Shown: positions 26,901 to 40,546, counted from the first letter of the stretch. The stretch: DNA of 64,000 bases from Gnetum montanum (GCA_015680685.1 MNCI01003306.1:364869-428868); one strand, 5' to 3'. Notes: a model not told the origin generated them from the sequence alone. Numbers and translations: made by a program.

Positions 26901-29900
26901 TTGTAACTGGGGGGAATCAAGAGTCGATCAAAGATTATAATTGCTGTTGGAATTGTGAGAGAGGAATGCTCTCATGTGAACAAGCCCTATTTTTGGTCCT
27001 TGTCAGGAGCCAGTGTTTCGCAAACTTGGAACCAAGACATAGGAAGTGCATTCTCTGGAGAAACAGGACTCTTGTAGAATGTTGAGCCCGTTGTAAACAA
27101 CCAAAGCCACGCGATGACATTATCATTCAATATACGTACAAACCAATTCTTAAACATACGCTCATAGATGGATGACCATATAAAATTAGGCACCATGGTG
27201 ATGATGATAACTAGAGTGACACCCAAATTCAAAGAATTTCTTGTTAATGTTTTGGATGAAATTAAATTCAGAGTTTTCACTTACAACTGACAGTACGTTT
27301 TCTCATTGGTACAAATCTCATTAGAGTTCTCTGATAAATTGTTGGAATATATTACTACTTAGGATAGAAATCATAGTAACGTTTTACACTTTAAGCGAAA
27401 GCATTCGAACTTTTCTCCTTTCTCTGAAACCAGCAACTATAGTATCAGAAGTTTCTGTTTGTTTTTCAAACGTTTTAAAGAGATGATGAGGTAACATGTC
27501 TGGTGATATGGGCAGAAAACTTGCTTTATCAGTTTCTGTATGAATATGATCAATTCTTTTTACCGGTGTTGTCAACATAACTTAAACTATGAATAGGTTG
27601 TAGGGCTTGATTTTGCAAATGAGCAGCTGGAGCTTGCAGCTCAGAGGCAGAAGAATTCAGAAAATCCTGTTTATAACAATATTGAGTATGAATTATATTC
27701 TAGAATCATTATGCTATAATCTTCTTTGAGATCTATTTAGCTTCTTCATTGTATAGTATGATTAAATTGGCTAGGTAATATCATAAATACTTTTAGTTAT
27801 AATTTTACTTTCACATGTCTGACAAAAATTAGATGGAAGCAAGGTGATGCATTGAACTTGCCATTTGAAGATTTGTGCTTTAATGCTGTTACTTGTGGTT
27901 ATGGTTTGCGTAATGTGGTGGATATTTCTCAAGTACTGAGAGAAATTTCTCGCGTGTTGAAGAAAGGTCCCAACTCTAGTTAAGCTGTGGACTGTTTAAT
28001 GATAATGAATTTTTTATCTATTCTTTCCAACTTACAATGATTTTCACTTTTTTGCGCAGGCTCAAGTGTGTCAATTTTGGATTTTAATCATAGCTTGTCG
28101 AGTTCTGTTACTTCTATTCAGGTGGGTGATAACTATTCCTTTGTCAGCTTCAACGAGTTTCTAAAATTGCTATTAGTTTACTAAACATGCTCATTTTTAC
28201 ACTGTATTTTTAGAATTGTCTATTGGACAATATTGTTGTTCCGGTAGCAAACCTGTATGGCCTTAGAGATGAATATGCATACTTGAAAAGTTCCATAGCT
28301 ACATTTCCTCCAGGTAAAACTAATTCCTTATCATTTTTACTGGCACAAAAGCATACTAGAGAATGCATTAGAATTTCTCTCTCTCAAGATGTTAAAAATA
28401 TTTTTTTGTTATTTGTGATAATGTTTTTGGCCTATTGTATTTGCTATCCCAAGCATGAAAAGAGCATTACACTATCAAATGCTGTCTTCATAATTGAATA
28501 TAGCAATCTTTCAACTAGAACATGCAAAAGAAATAGCCAAAAGAGGATGGAGAAAAATATAGAATGGATAAATGTAATGACAGTTAAGAATGCAGATATT
28601 TTTTAAAACCTTTTGTAATGATATATCTCTAAGGATCTTGCTTTTCATTTGACAAAAGTTCATGGCTTTCTGGCAGATTAACTAGAATATGTATAATGGA
28701 AATTTAACAGATATAAAACATTTAAACATAGCATCCATATTTGTTCCTTCTGTTTGTCTTAACAATATATCATTGTGCTTCATTTCCAACAATATTCCTT
28801 CTTCTAAATCATGTCTTAAGATGCAAAAAAAGAGGTTTCAAAATGAAAACATAGAAAGGTGTAAGTCTAGGATATAAAACTACCTAAAACATGTTCTCTT
28901 TCAAGCCATCAATGATGCAGAATTTTCCATTTTATGTTCATGACTTATTATTGCATCATCTTACAATATCTTGAAAGGTCATCACATGACCTTTCTACGA
29001 CCATGAAGGGGGTACTTATATTTTTTTAACTGATAAAACTCTAAAGAATCGTGCATAAAAATATACGCAATATTCCACATGCTCATTACTTATAAAGAAA
29101 ACAACCATGATATACATGATATTCTTGATTCATAGGTCACATTCCTTTCACTTGATTCATCGGTCAAGTTTTTCAGCAATGCATGTGTGTATAAAAGAAT
29201 CATTCATGCTAAGCAAAACACACTTGTTTGAGCCTTTGAGGCATGACATAAAGAACCTTTTTCTTTTCTTTCCAAATATGATTGCTCAATAACTAGTATT
29301 TGCATAGTAGCACCTAGAGATAATGGGTCCAAAATTTGTATGAACACACGATATCATGTACATAAAATACCTATAGTAATATATACAGTTCACAAAGAAA
29401 CATTCTAAATCAGTTTAAGAAATCATTACAATGTACCTATGTCAAGCATCACATCAGCAATCAAAGCATAGTAGCAATTTTACAAACAATATGATATTTC
29501 AGCTCCATTTCTTCTCAACGTTTCTTTCTTTCATTTTATTAATAGATGCTAAATCAACAAATAGTACATATTTAGTACTTGCATCTAGTAATCTACAACA
29601 TCACACTCGAACACAACATAGGGAGTGTTAGAACTTGAAAGAATAAATACACTATAAGGCATATAGCCAACAAGATATTTTAGAAGAATTATGAAGCTGA
29701 AGCTGACGATTTTATTATGTCTGTAGACCTAAGATGATTTATTGGATAGAAAGTATATTCATCTAATGGAAAATAGAAATAGATTCAACAAAGTGGCTAA
29801 GCACCACTGGATGTAACAAAAATAAGTCATACGAACTTTTTGCTGCAATATTATAGAGGAATATAATAATGTCTTAAGTGTGACTTAAACTGGCTATCTC

Positions 29901-30925
29901 TTGCCTAACAAGACAAGGAGCTAACCATTTGAGCCAACTATCACTAGCTCTTCAGCACAACTCAGATTAATCACAAGGAAGAATAATAGGTCATTCAATC
30001 AAGCTCCAATACATCATTTAACCAATGCATACTAAGGTGCTATACAAGCACATCAACAATAGTCAAATCCCATCACAATTATGAAATTATAAATAGATAG
30101 ATAAGTCAACACCAAATCATACAAATCATAAACATGAACACATCAATGACACTCAAATTTATCACTATCAACAAATTATACAACTCGTGAACACAAGTAC
30201 ATCATTAATACTCAAATCCATCACAATTATGAAATCATAAGTAAATCAACAAATCAGAACAAAAGTGAGTTGTTACAGAAATGAGCGTAAGGAGATAGTT
30301 TTTTCCCTAACTAAAAAAAACTATAATTGTTTCATGAAAATCAGAGAGTTTGATGCCCCAAGACAATATTTTGGCATAGCATATTAGAACCATTTTAAAT
30401 GAATTTTAGATTATATAAATGTTCTCTCCTGCAACGTTTGTTTATCTTGAATTTATTTATGCTTTCTGTATTGAGCAGATGGATATGTTACTTTTACCAG
30501 GCAACATCTTACTGCCAAAAGTAAACAAGTTATTATAAAATATACGATTTATTTGCACTGTTGTTTATGGGATTTTAATATGACTTGTTTGCTTCAATGG
30601 GTAATTGATCATGTTTCTCGTTTGATGTCTAAGATCCCAAGAGTTTGTGAATGCACTCTTAATTTTAATTTTATCATTGATAAATTGTTCTTTTTACTCG
30701 TTAAAAACATATCAATTGATTGCCTCTTCAGTAGAAGATAAATGAAGATATGCATTATAAAGCAAGACTGGTTCATATATCATCACTGCATTTTAATTGT
30801 TGGAAATTAATGTTTCTAAAGCAGGGTACGAACTAGAAAAGTTGGCTGAAAAGGAAGGCTTTTCAAAGGCTCATCACTATGAGATTGCTGGTGGCTTAAT
30901 GGGAATACTCACGGCAACCCGATAG
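23996..30925 (+). CDS. MENG: 2-phytyl-1,4-naphthoquinone (demethylphylloquinone) methyltransferase, UbiE/COQ5/MenG family, probably chloroplast-targeted; 8 exons, ~275 aa
   Basis: Exons: 23996 (or 23987)-24181, 24316-24380, 24616-24706, 27597-27685, 27833-27966, 28060-28121, 28214-28313, 30825-30925. Motifs: RQKLFNQIAANYDQLNDLLSLGQHRVWKRMAVSWSG, SAM motif VLDICCGSGD, GDALNLPF, GYGLRNVVD, RVLKKG, HYEIAGGLMG. The N-terminus looks like a transit peptide. Confidence 0.95.
25008..27223 (+). repeat. ~104-bp direct repeat (25008-25111 and 27120-27223) abutting both ends of the solo LTR
   Basis: CATTCAATATACGT...AGAGTGACACC occurs twice; 5 mismatches counted by eye over 104 bp. Confidence 0.9.
25112..27119 (-). 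mobile_element. ~2.0-kb solo LTR in MENG intron 3
   Basis: Minus-strand ends TGTCATCGCG...GGTCCATACA. Minus-strand TATA box CCTTATAAATACCCC at ~25564-25578. GC-richer than the host intron, with internal CTTGACAAGCTGG repeats at ~26550-26620. No coding domains. Confidence 0.75.
29860..29952 (-). mobile_element. tRNA-derived SINE-like family 2 (second copy ~43060-43163)
   Basis: The second copy reads GAGCTAGTGATAGGTAGCTCAATTGGTTA...TTGTTAGGCAAGAG...GTTTGAGTCACAC on the minus strand (A-box and B-box-like). The two copies align over ~90 bp. Confidence 0.6.
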
Positions 30926-32149
30926 AGTCAATCAAAGTTGCACCTTTTATATTTCAATGATCAATTTAGGTACAGGCATGATTTTTTGTTTTTGTTTTGG
31001 GGCAAAATGATGTAAAGCAATATGTTGATAAAAATCTAGGCATTACTAAATCGAAGGATCTGCATATCTAAACAATATGAGTATAAATGACGACAATTAA
31101 ATACCCCATTTTTGAACTAGTTTAATCAAATATCATATGCTTTTGATAGTTTGATGTTTGAGTTTTGGCTTGGTAATCCAAGGTCACAGGTGCTGAGTTA
31201 TAAATTTTTAAAAAATGGTAAAAGTAATTCTGAAACTGATCTGATGGATCCAAGGGATCTCAATAAATGCAAGAAAAAAATGTTGATTTCAGTTTCAGAA
31301 TTTTATGTTAGGTTTTTTCTTGTAACCAAGGGAAGTCTGTATCATAAAGATTGGAATATGCAATACCAGCTCCCTTTAAATCTTTAACATAGCACTGTAT
31401 GGTTGGATGAATTAATAGTGACTTAAAATCATCTATGAGACATGCATGGAATGTTTCCAAATATTGCATAATAAGTTGCCGTAATGGAATTTAACCTTTA
31501 TTGCATGGCGATAGATCTTCCTTGACAATAGATGAACTGCGATGGCATCACTCATCTACAATGCTTGTGAAAATTCTACCTATTCAACCTTACAATTTCT
31601 TTCATCACAGAAAAAATTGTTGAAAACCCATAAGATAATCTTATTAAATAATTGTAGAATATAGAGTATTCATGATTAAAGAAATACATAGTTTAGGATC
31701 ATTTAGATTCTCCCTCAAAATACCACAATTTCTACATGGATGCACGATGTAGTGGATCCAACGAGACAAGGTGCTTCTGTAAACTTTTGGATATAAATAA
31801 CCAATGAAGTTTTTGAGGGCACACCAGAGTTCAATACATAAACATCGTAACATAGCATTCACTTTTCTTGACAAATGAGTGCATTTATTGATTTAAAAAA
31901 ACTTGTGAGATGACTCCATCAAATGGTAAACACAGTGTGACAAGAAAGGCCATGTACTTGCTAATGCACTTAACCCCATGAAATTGCACATCCTCAATCC
32001 CTGATTCACTGCATGAGTAGGCATCAGAATCAGAATTGCATTTCAAATGTAAAAGGAAAGAAAAAAATTTCTACTTAGAGCACATTAAAGGTAATTCTTT
32101 AGATTTACTTGTTTAGTATCTGACAGCTCATATCTCAAGTAGAGGTTGC

Positions 32150-32480
32150 AATTGAATCAGCAGCCTTTGTTTAAGTTCACATTGTCTAAGAATAGAAGGT
32201 GGAAGATGGATTTACCTGTCAAGGGAACATTATATGTGTAGGTTATGTGGGTCAAGAGTCTTTGAGGATGAACAACATGTTTTTCTTAGTTACCAGATGT
32301 TTGAACATTTGAGGCAAACATATAATATTTCTACTAAAACTTTGTATGATTTATTTTTGTTGTATCCAGTGGCATTTAGCCACTCTGTTGAGTCAGTTTT
32401 TGTTTTTCATGACATGAATGCATTGGCTGTCCAATATATCCTTGGGTGTATGGGCATAATAAAATCTCCAGTTTCATTAT
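32150..32480 (+). mobile_element. LINE 3' fragment with a C-terminal CCHC-like motif (RTEX-like)
   Basis: Translation SSHCLRIEGGRW...REHYMCRLCGSRVFEDEQHVFL..FEHLRQ fits the LINE ORF2 end pattern SH.L.IE.GRW...C..C...EDE.H. AATAAA follows at ~32458. Confidence 0.7.
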
Positions 32481-33793
32481 AGGTAGCTTTTAAAAAAGAT
32501 CAAATCATCAGTCAAGTTAATTTTGTTCATAACCATCTACCTTCTTGTCAAAAGCCATCAAAGGGGAGTTTATTCATAATTGTTCATCATTAATGTCCAA
32601 GTGCTCTTTTAAATCCCCTATTTAATTCAAGAGATCAGACAGCTGTGCAGAGCAATCGAAAGGAAATTTGGATGAGTCATGCATAGTACAATGTAAGGAT
32701 GACAAGAAAGCTCAAAACACACACACTCCTCTTGGTTTGCTTGCAAAGTTTCTCCTGGAGCAAGTGAAGAACTGGTAAACAGTAAATTTGACATATATGC
32801 ATGAAACTTAAAGTAGTAATCAATCATCAGAAAATGTTATAATCTTTTGAAGGAAGATTGAACTTGTGCCAATGAAATTGAGCCACTTCCATGCGATGCC
32901 TTGTGATATTCCCTTTGCAGAGTTTTCTGTCCTATTCCTGAACCATGTAAGCTCCACATGTACTTGCCATAAATGTAGTTACATTAACAATTAGATAATT
33001 ATTATATTGTCAGCCGTTGATATGATAACTGGATTCTTGATCCCTCGTTTTTTCGGGTGCATGTTTCACTTGAGGGACCTGCTTCTGGAGGGCACACTTA
33101 AAATATGCCTTTGGGAAAAGCATGGTCTCCTTTATGATTGCAATCATCATTTTTTGCCAAAACCATATATTATCAGAACTCTTGAACATTGAGTCCTCAG
33201 AAGAAAGAAAGCTTTTGCAGCTGGATTGGTATGAAAATGCCCAAATGGAACCAAATAGCATTGCATTTTATTAAGAAATTTTTTGGAGGCTGGTTAAGAA
33301 AACACCCACTTGATATTCTAATACCCTGTTCTAGAGGCCAACTCAATGATGTTTTTAACTTTCATAAAAGTTTACCGAAACTTTGTAATCATCCAAGAAA
33401 TGCATTGTGGTTTTCGTGGACACAATAAAAATTTCCAGTTTTCAGTTTCCAATAATTAGGAACTCTTATCACTGAACCTTTCAAAAATGTATGTCTAGGT
33501 AAACAATTTATTGGGAAGAGCACAAATGCAATTCCTTGAAGAAGAGACTGAAAAAGATGTTTTCATATCTTTTTCATATACTAATGTTATGTTGGTAACT
33601 TGTTCCTCAGTCGAGAAAACGACCTATATGGATTGAAAAGAAAGAGAACACGCTTCAAATTACATTTTTGTTTTGTGCTCGATAGGGTAATGGGTGCACT
33701 GGTAGAATTTAACCTGTTAAAAAACTAATCATCCATTCATTCGCTGATGCAACTGCCATGGAAGCCTCAGTGCATATTTACAGGAGAAATCTT

Positions 33794-36722
33794 TCAAGCT
33801 TCTTGATTGCCAATACCAGAATGAGTGTCCATTTCATAAATATGAAAGTCACTGTCAAATATAAGATTACAAAGAAGTTGGAGGTATTCTTCCTCCATTC
33901 CCAGATTCTTACTTTTAGCCATAGTTCTCAGTTTCAATCGTTTGTTTCTGAAATCCTTCGCCTCTTGATACCTGCAAACCTTTTCTAGCCCTAGCTGTAA
34001 TACTGTGTAGGTTCCTCTAGCAGGGTTCACACAGTTTCTTTTCATTCTTTGATATTGTCCAATTGCTTTATTTACAGCACCTGAATTCAGACATGCATCA
34101 ATGAGCCCTGTGTATGTTAAAACATTTTGCTCTGAAGGTAAAGCGTCAAAAAGTCTCTGTGCCACATCCACTAAGCCATAATGCCCAAATTTCCTTATCA
34201 GTACTGATAAAAGATAACATCCAGGATTTACACCATCTTGTATCATTTCATTGACAATCTCTACCAAATTTTCTATTGATCCATTTCGCATTAGAAGGCC
34301 TAACAAGCTGGTATATGCATTTTTATCAACTAGTATTTTCATCATTTTACAGTAGCTGTAAGCCTTCAATACGGTCTTGAGTTTGCCCTTGGCAGAACAA
34401 TCTTGAATTATGGTTGTCATAACAGCACTGTTTAAAATTATGCCTTCTGATGTCATCTGCTCAAGCATAACCTCTGTGGCTGCAAAATTCTTGCAATGAA
34501 GGAGATACTGGATTAATTTTGTGCCAGCTACTATGTTATTGTTGTCATTATCAATGCTATTTGCAGAATCTCTCTTATTTGAAGACACGGAAATTTCAGA
34601 AAAATGAGGATGGACTGCTCTAAGCAAATCATCCGTTTCTTTTGCCTTATGAAAAGCCTTTAGAGCTTTCAAGAACACAGGCAGACGAAGCACATGACCG
34701 AAAGACCTCATCAACATCAACAGGTCATTTATCAAGTCAATCCTCTTTGCTTTGGCACATTTCTGGACAAGGATGTTGAAGGTTGCCTTGCTTGGCTCAG
34801 TCCTCGTATTTTTCATTTCATTAAGTATGCCAAAAGCTTCTTCAAATTTTCCTGTAGAGATGTCACAATAACAAGTACGTCAACATGATCTTAGCTTTAA
34901 TGACAAACAAAACCAGTACAGGCATATTCGTTTATATTTATGACCCAGGAAAAGAAACAATTGCCAGCATCAATGATGTCTATTTGCATCATAATGATCA
35001 TATAATGATCATTGATGGTACATAAAACACTATGCTTGAAACTATCCCATCCTTGTTCAACCTAATAAATAATATCCGCATCATCTGATGTTTCATGGAC
35101 TCCGTTTTGTTTACCAATTATTGCATCAACAAACAGCCTCGACGCAAATGTCATAAAGTAACATTGCCTTAATTTAGAAGAAGTATTTGATAGTCTGTTT
35201 TATTTACCACATCAACAAGACTAATCCTGGTGTTTCTTCCTGTTTGAGTTTTAAATAAGTTAACCAGATAAGAATTATATCAAAGACGGACAAACTTTTG
35301 GTACAAGAGGCTGACATTGTGTTACCAGAAGATCAACTGGTAAACTATTTTTTAAACAATCCAAACCACGGGCATACCTTGCTCTGCCAGGTATTCAATT
35401 AGAACTGTGTAGGTGTGACAGTTTGGCTGAATCCCTGAGCCTAGCATTTCTTTGTAAATTGTTGCAGCCTGCTCAGGCCTATTGTTGGTTAGGAAAATCC
35501 TGATAATTTCAGTGTACGAAATCACGGTAGGTTGCCAATCAGTCTGTTTCAAGGATTCCCATGCCTGAATGGCTCCATCAATATCCCCTGCTTCTGCAAG
35601 TCTATGCATCACTGTAGTATATGTGACACAGTCAATTCTGCAAGAAAATAAATAAATAAAAACAATTTAACCATTCATCCTAAACGAGATGTTACTTTAA
35701 ACCATTCATTACATTTAGCTAAAGTCTAGACACATTTCACATCGCTGGGTCATTGAATTCTTCTGTCAATTTCTACTTCATGATATTCTACAAGAAAGCA
35801 AATATTCAAGGGCCATAGTTTCGCCCATCACAGTTACCACATCCAAACTGGCTAGCTACGTCCATGTTCTAAATGTAACATGGAACATTTAGTAATCTTC
35901 TTCATGTTGTTTTCAAAACTCATAGCATGTATATTTTTACTGATCAACAGTTCAGTTTCATGTTAAGCATTTTCATTGCAAACCAAATATCCCTGCTCCT
36001 AGGAACAAATCCATTCATTATGTTGTTGGCTAATTTGTAAAATTCACTGATGAGTTTCCTTTCAAAACATGAACTTTTGTCAATGCTGGGGCGTTCTGCG
36101 ATTTGACGGGCAACAATGGGAGTGTTATTATTCTGGAAAAAAAAAATACTCAGCAAAAGAAGTCCTATAAAACTCTGATAAAATTCCTTGCTGTGATTAC
36201 GTGCCTTAAACCGGGTCCGCCCATTTGCTTGAAAAGCTCCTTCATCTGATGGATGCGTCCAGCTTCGCCGAGCAGATCCATCATGGTGGTGTAGGTGAAC
36301 TGATCGTGCTTGAATTTGGGTAACGTGGCAGTCCAATTGAAGAACTGAAAAGCCCTCTCCAATGGCGGATGTGCCTTCAACACCTGAGTTATTGTGTAGG
36401 AATCCCACCGCAGGTGAGGCATTCTTGAAAGCTCCTTTTCTGCACATTCCCAAGAAGGGGAATACTTCAAAATTTTGCAGATTCCATTGATCAGAACTCG
36501 CTTGTAAGGAGGAGCTGCACATTCTTTGGAAGGTTTTTTCTTCAGCACAACTTGGCCATTTTTTGGCCTGTTTCTGGGTTTTGGATACGGTATAAATCTC
36601 TTGTTGTTCTGGGTGGTCTTCCAGTTAACTTTTCTCTGCTGCTGCTGCGATGATACAGAAGAAGACAAGGCTCTGCTAAAAGATTTCCACGAAATCGTCT
36701 TAAACATCATCATTTTGGCCAC
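33794..36722 (-). CDS. P-class pentatricopeptide repeat protein, At2g01390-like; 3 exons, ~611 aa
   Basis: Exons 36722-36205, 35637-35378 and 34851-33794 (phases consistent; intron 1 is GC-AG). WDSYTITQVLKAHPPLERAFQFFNW..FKHDQFTYTTMMDLLGEAGRI and PNCHTYTVLIEYL match my recollection of At2g01390. Tandem 35-aa PPR motifs follow a basic, Ser-rich N-terminal presequence. Confidence 0.92.
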
Positions 36723-38964
36723 AGGTTTGAATCGATATCGTGATACTGGGCTTCAGCTTTATGGAGTACTCCCTGGTTACCTGATAAATTTGAGATTTTT
36801 CAAAATTCAAAGGATTTTTGTTTCTTTTGAATGCACTGAAATAGAAATGCATTTTGTCTTTTCACCAGCAACTAGCAGTGACAAAAAGTTAGGGCTTCGT
36901 AGCGATGGTAGTAGTACAGCAGCGAGAGAATTCAGAGCCGATCTATTGTTGTTCTCACGTCATCTTCCAAGAAAATGAAGTAATTACCACCTCACTGTTG
37001 ACAACGTAACTTGGAGGAGGCAAACAAAAAAAGTGCAATCCCGATTTGATGGACTTAAAAAAATTAATGAAATTAAGACCATCCCAAAATCAATATCTTT
37101 TGCATAGCTTAGCATAATTTACAAATCTTGGTTCAGGGCTAAAGAGTTTTGTCATCAAAACCTAAGATACAAACAATGCTAAGTTAAGGGTTGATTCTGG
37201 TGCATAAGGTTGAGTTATAAAACTCAAATGCTTGTTATTTTATGTTCAACAAAAAATGATTACGAGTTGTAAAATTCTAATGTTTGTTATTTTATGTTCA
37301 ATTTATGTTCAAGAAAAAAGATTATAGAGAAAAGGAAAAGGAAAATTAGGTTGAAGTTAAAGATAGAAAAAAATAATATAAAGTTAAAGATATAAAAAAT
37401 TAAGTTAATATTAATGATATGAATGATTAAAGAACTCTAATAAGGCACAAGCTTCTATGTATATTTCTATTGGTATTAGAGAAAGTGTTAAGTAGCCTAA
37501 AGAGATAGCTTATAAGGAAAAATACAATTATTATAGGTAACAAGAAAGTTATAGTTGATGGTAAAAGATTATCTAACGTAAGATTAATAACAAACCGCAA
37601 GGCTAAGATCTTTTAGAAAATGTACTACCATTTTGTTGCTTTGATACAAATATTGTTATTAAACCATAGCTCTTTATCTTGAATCCTTTTGTTATTTTAA
37701 ATTCAAGCATAAATATCAAAAAGTAATGTAAATGTTATTAGAAGTGGAACCTTCCTCCTTACTAACAATTAACTTCTTCACTTATTTTTTTAAAGTATTA
37801 ATTGTAAGTTTGCAAAATTAAGACAACCTTAAAATTGGAAAGTTTCTTCTTTCCATAAATTTTTTAATGTTGTCTGCTCAATGTGTCAAGCATGTGATGT
37901 ACATGTGAGGTATTTCAAATTTTCTTTGCCTAGTGGTAAAACTTTTGATTTGGAAGCTCCCAATGGGTTTGATTCTAGTGGGTAATGTTGAGTTATAAAG
38001 CTAATTTGACTATATGTGTTGGAGGTAAATATTTTTTTTTTCTAAAAAAAAATCAGATTTCAGCACCCCCACTCCTTGGAAAGAATATTTATTATGTTCA
38101 CAAAACCTCGTTATTATTATTCTTGTTATATAAGAATGAAGTGTCACCTTAATGATAAGACTCTTGATTTGAAAATTCCAAATTATGAGCTAGAAAAAGA
38201 AATTGAGGAGTACACTGATAAAAAAACACCAAAATAATTGCCATCAACAAGAGTTATCAATATATTTATCAAATTTGAGGTGAATTCTCCAACATCTTTC
38301 CATTTACTTAAAAAAGTTCACTCTATAATTAGTAATCTTATCAAATGTTAGAGACATTTAGGCTCATCATATTATTAAATAAGAAAAAACAAGTGCACCT
38401 TTATCATAAAACTCTCAGGCTTAATCTGTGTATTAAGAGTGCTTGAACCTTCCCTCTTTCCTTTTAAGGAAAGTTCACACAAGTGCTACTATGAGCAATG
38501 GAATTGGTATCTTGTGAAGATGAGACGTAGAATAGCATTTAGTAGAAAAGTTACAGAGAAGCGTTCACATTGTATGCATGGTTTGCTCTTCTATTCATTC
38601 ATTTCATTTGTTGTTCAAGAAACAAAATCCATTTTCACCTCATTTAACTTAAGTACTCAACTGAAGATGATATACGCATAAATGTACAACATTCTAGGAT
38701 TCTGGAATTTAGAACTTCTAAAATCCAGAAATCTGAAGAAAATCCCGGCCACACAATTAAATTAAGATATAGCCTAGAAAAATATTGAGGATGGCTGGTA
38801 CCTCAAAACGGGGTGTACAATAAAGGAGGAGTCACTTTATTAGTAAAAAAAATTGAGAAGATGATATCAAAAAGTGGAGCCTGTTATACATCCATGGTAG
38901 ACAAACTGTGAAATGGAAAACAGTGTACTTACTAGTGTGCTTAACTCAATGATATTGCTTGCCC

Positions 38965-40400
38965 ACAATCTGTGACTCGCTGCATGAATAGATATCAGAA
39001 TCAGAATTGCATTTCATGAGAAAATACATTATGAGTGCTTCAAACGCAAACCCTTCTCGAATTAACTCTCAAAGAGGACTCTCATTACAAAGCTTTAAAA
39101 GAACATTCAAATCTTCAGTTGAGTTACTTTGGCTATACAGCTTGCATAACCACCTATATTTTCAAAAACCAGAGACGGTATATTTGTTCAGGGGAATTTC
39201 ATCATCAATGTCCAAGTTACTCCCTTAAATCCCATGTTTTGTTAAAGAAATGTGACATTTATGCAGAGCAATTGAAAGAAAATTCTGTTAAGTCATGCAG
39301 ATCGCACAATGGAGGAAGGAAAAAGAACAGCTCAAAACACATTCACTCCCTTCTCTTGATATTCTTGCAGAGTTTCTCCTGGAGCAGGTGATTAACTGGT
39401 GAGTAGGAAAATGGACATGTGGATGAAAATGAAAACCGATAATATCAGCCATCAGAAACTGTTATAATTCTTAAAAGTAGTGAATTTGTACACAAGAAAT
39501 TGAATCATTATATTCCATGGCAGATGGTTTCTGTTCTCTTTCTACGGGGAGTATCATTGAATGAATAAGGATTATTTGTGATCAGGTTAGGATTGTGTAC
39601 GTGTGACAGTTTGGCTAAATCCTGAGTTCACCATTTCTTTGCAAATTATTGCATCCTGGTCAGGTCTATTGTTGATCAGCAAAATCCTGCTAATTTCAGC
39701 ATACGAAATTATGTAGGTTGCCAGACAATCTATTCTAAGGATTCCCAACAAAATGATGTCAGCTACATTAGTTATCTTTCACCATTCCTCTCATTGAAGA
39801 GCTAGAGCTTTGTTTATTTACAATTTCTTCAAATCATTTTCAATCATTTTTTGGTGGCTTTCTTAAAACAATGCTGTTGCACATGCCCAAACTATCTAAG
39901 TCACCATTCTTGTAGCTTATATGAAATACAAGCAACATAAAGTCTTCCTTTAATGTTTGTATTGTGTAGTTTATCTCTTATTGTAATGTTCAACATCCAT
40001 TAAGCATTTGCATTTATGGTACACTGATTTATTGTCCACGCCTCTTTTGCACTATCCTATAAATTTTCATAGAGAACACCACTAGCCTGTTCCATTTTAA
40101 CTATCTCACCTGTATTTTCTTTCTTATATCTTTATCAATTTTGGCATCTTCTTGGAGCATTGAATGGTAGAACTCTTTGAAGTGAGGGACTTTTTGGGCT
40201 TGAATTGTCACTTCTACTTCGTAAGTAATATTTTTTTGAGTTGTATGCACCTTAAGACAATATCATCTGCAAATAGTATATATCATAGGATTTCAGGAAG
40301 GGTTTACGCACGACTGTAGTCTATGACACAGTCACTTCTGCAAAGAATAAAATATCTGCTAACCACTGACTTTCATAACGATGCATTGAATCTTAAATCA
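38965..40400 (-). pseudogene. Decayed partial duplicate of the At2g01390-like locus (downstream region plus exon 2)
   Basis: 38965-39520 aligns to parts of 31990-32900. 39594-39748 and 40292-40350 align to exon 2 (35406-35650) with frameshifts. Confidence 0.8.
39744..40290 (-). mobile_element. RTE-clade LINE fragment inserted in the PPR pseudo-exon
   Basis: Minus translation ILFADDIVL (RTE RT motif) at ~40255-40285 and the RTE tail ATGTAGCTGACATCATTTTGTTGGGA at ~39744-39770. Confidence 0.8.
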
Positions 40401-40546
40401 TTTCCCAGAATGATACTGCTGGCCGCCAAACTGATAAACTCATTACATCAGTGGTAAGCTATTAAGACTTCACCATCCTTGCTACACTTAAAAAGGCAGA
40501 CAATGAACCCATCATTTTGATCAAACCAGAAAAGCCACGATGGATA

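Noticed and set aside
35944-36978. ORFs 35944-36522 (-), 36526-36978 (+) and 41177-41554 (+)
   Set aside because: Alternate-frame or antisense shadows of the PPR exons.
37925-38000. tRNA genes at the A/B-box-like sites
   Set aside because: No complete cloverleaf; they are degenerate multi-copy sequences with a shared non-tRNA tail, so treated as SINE-like.
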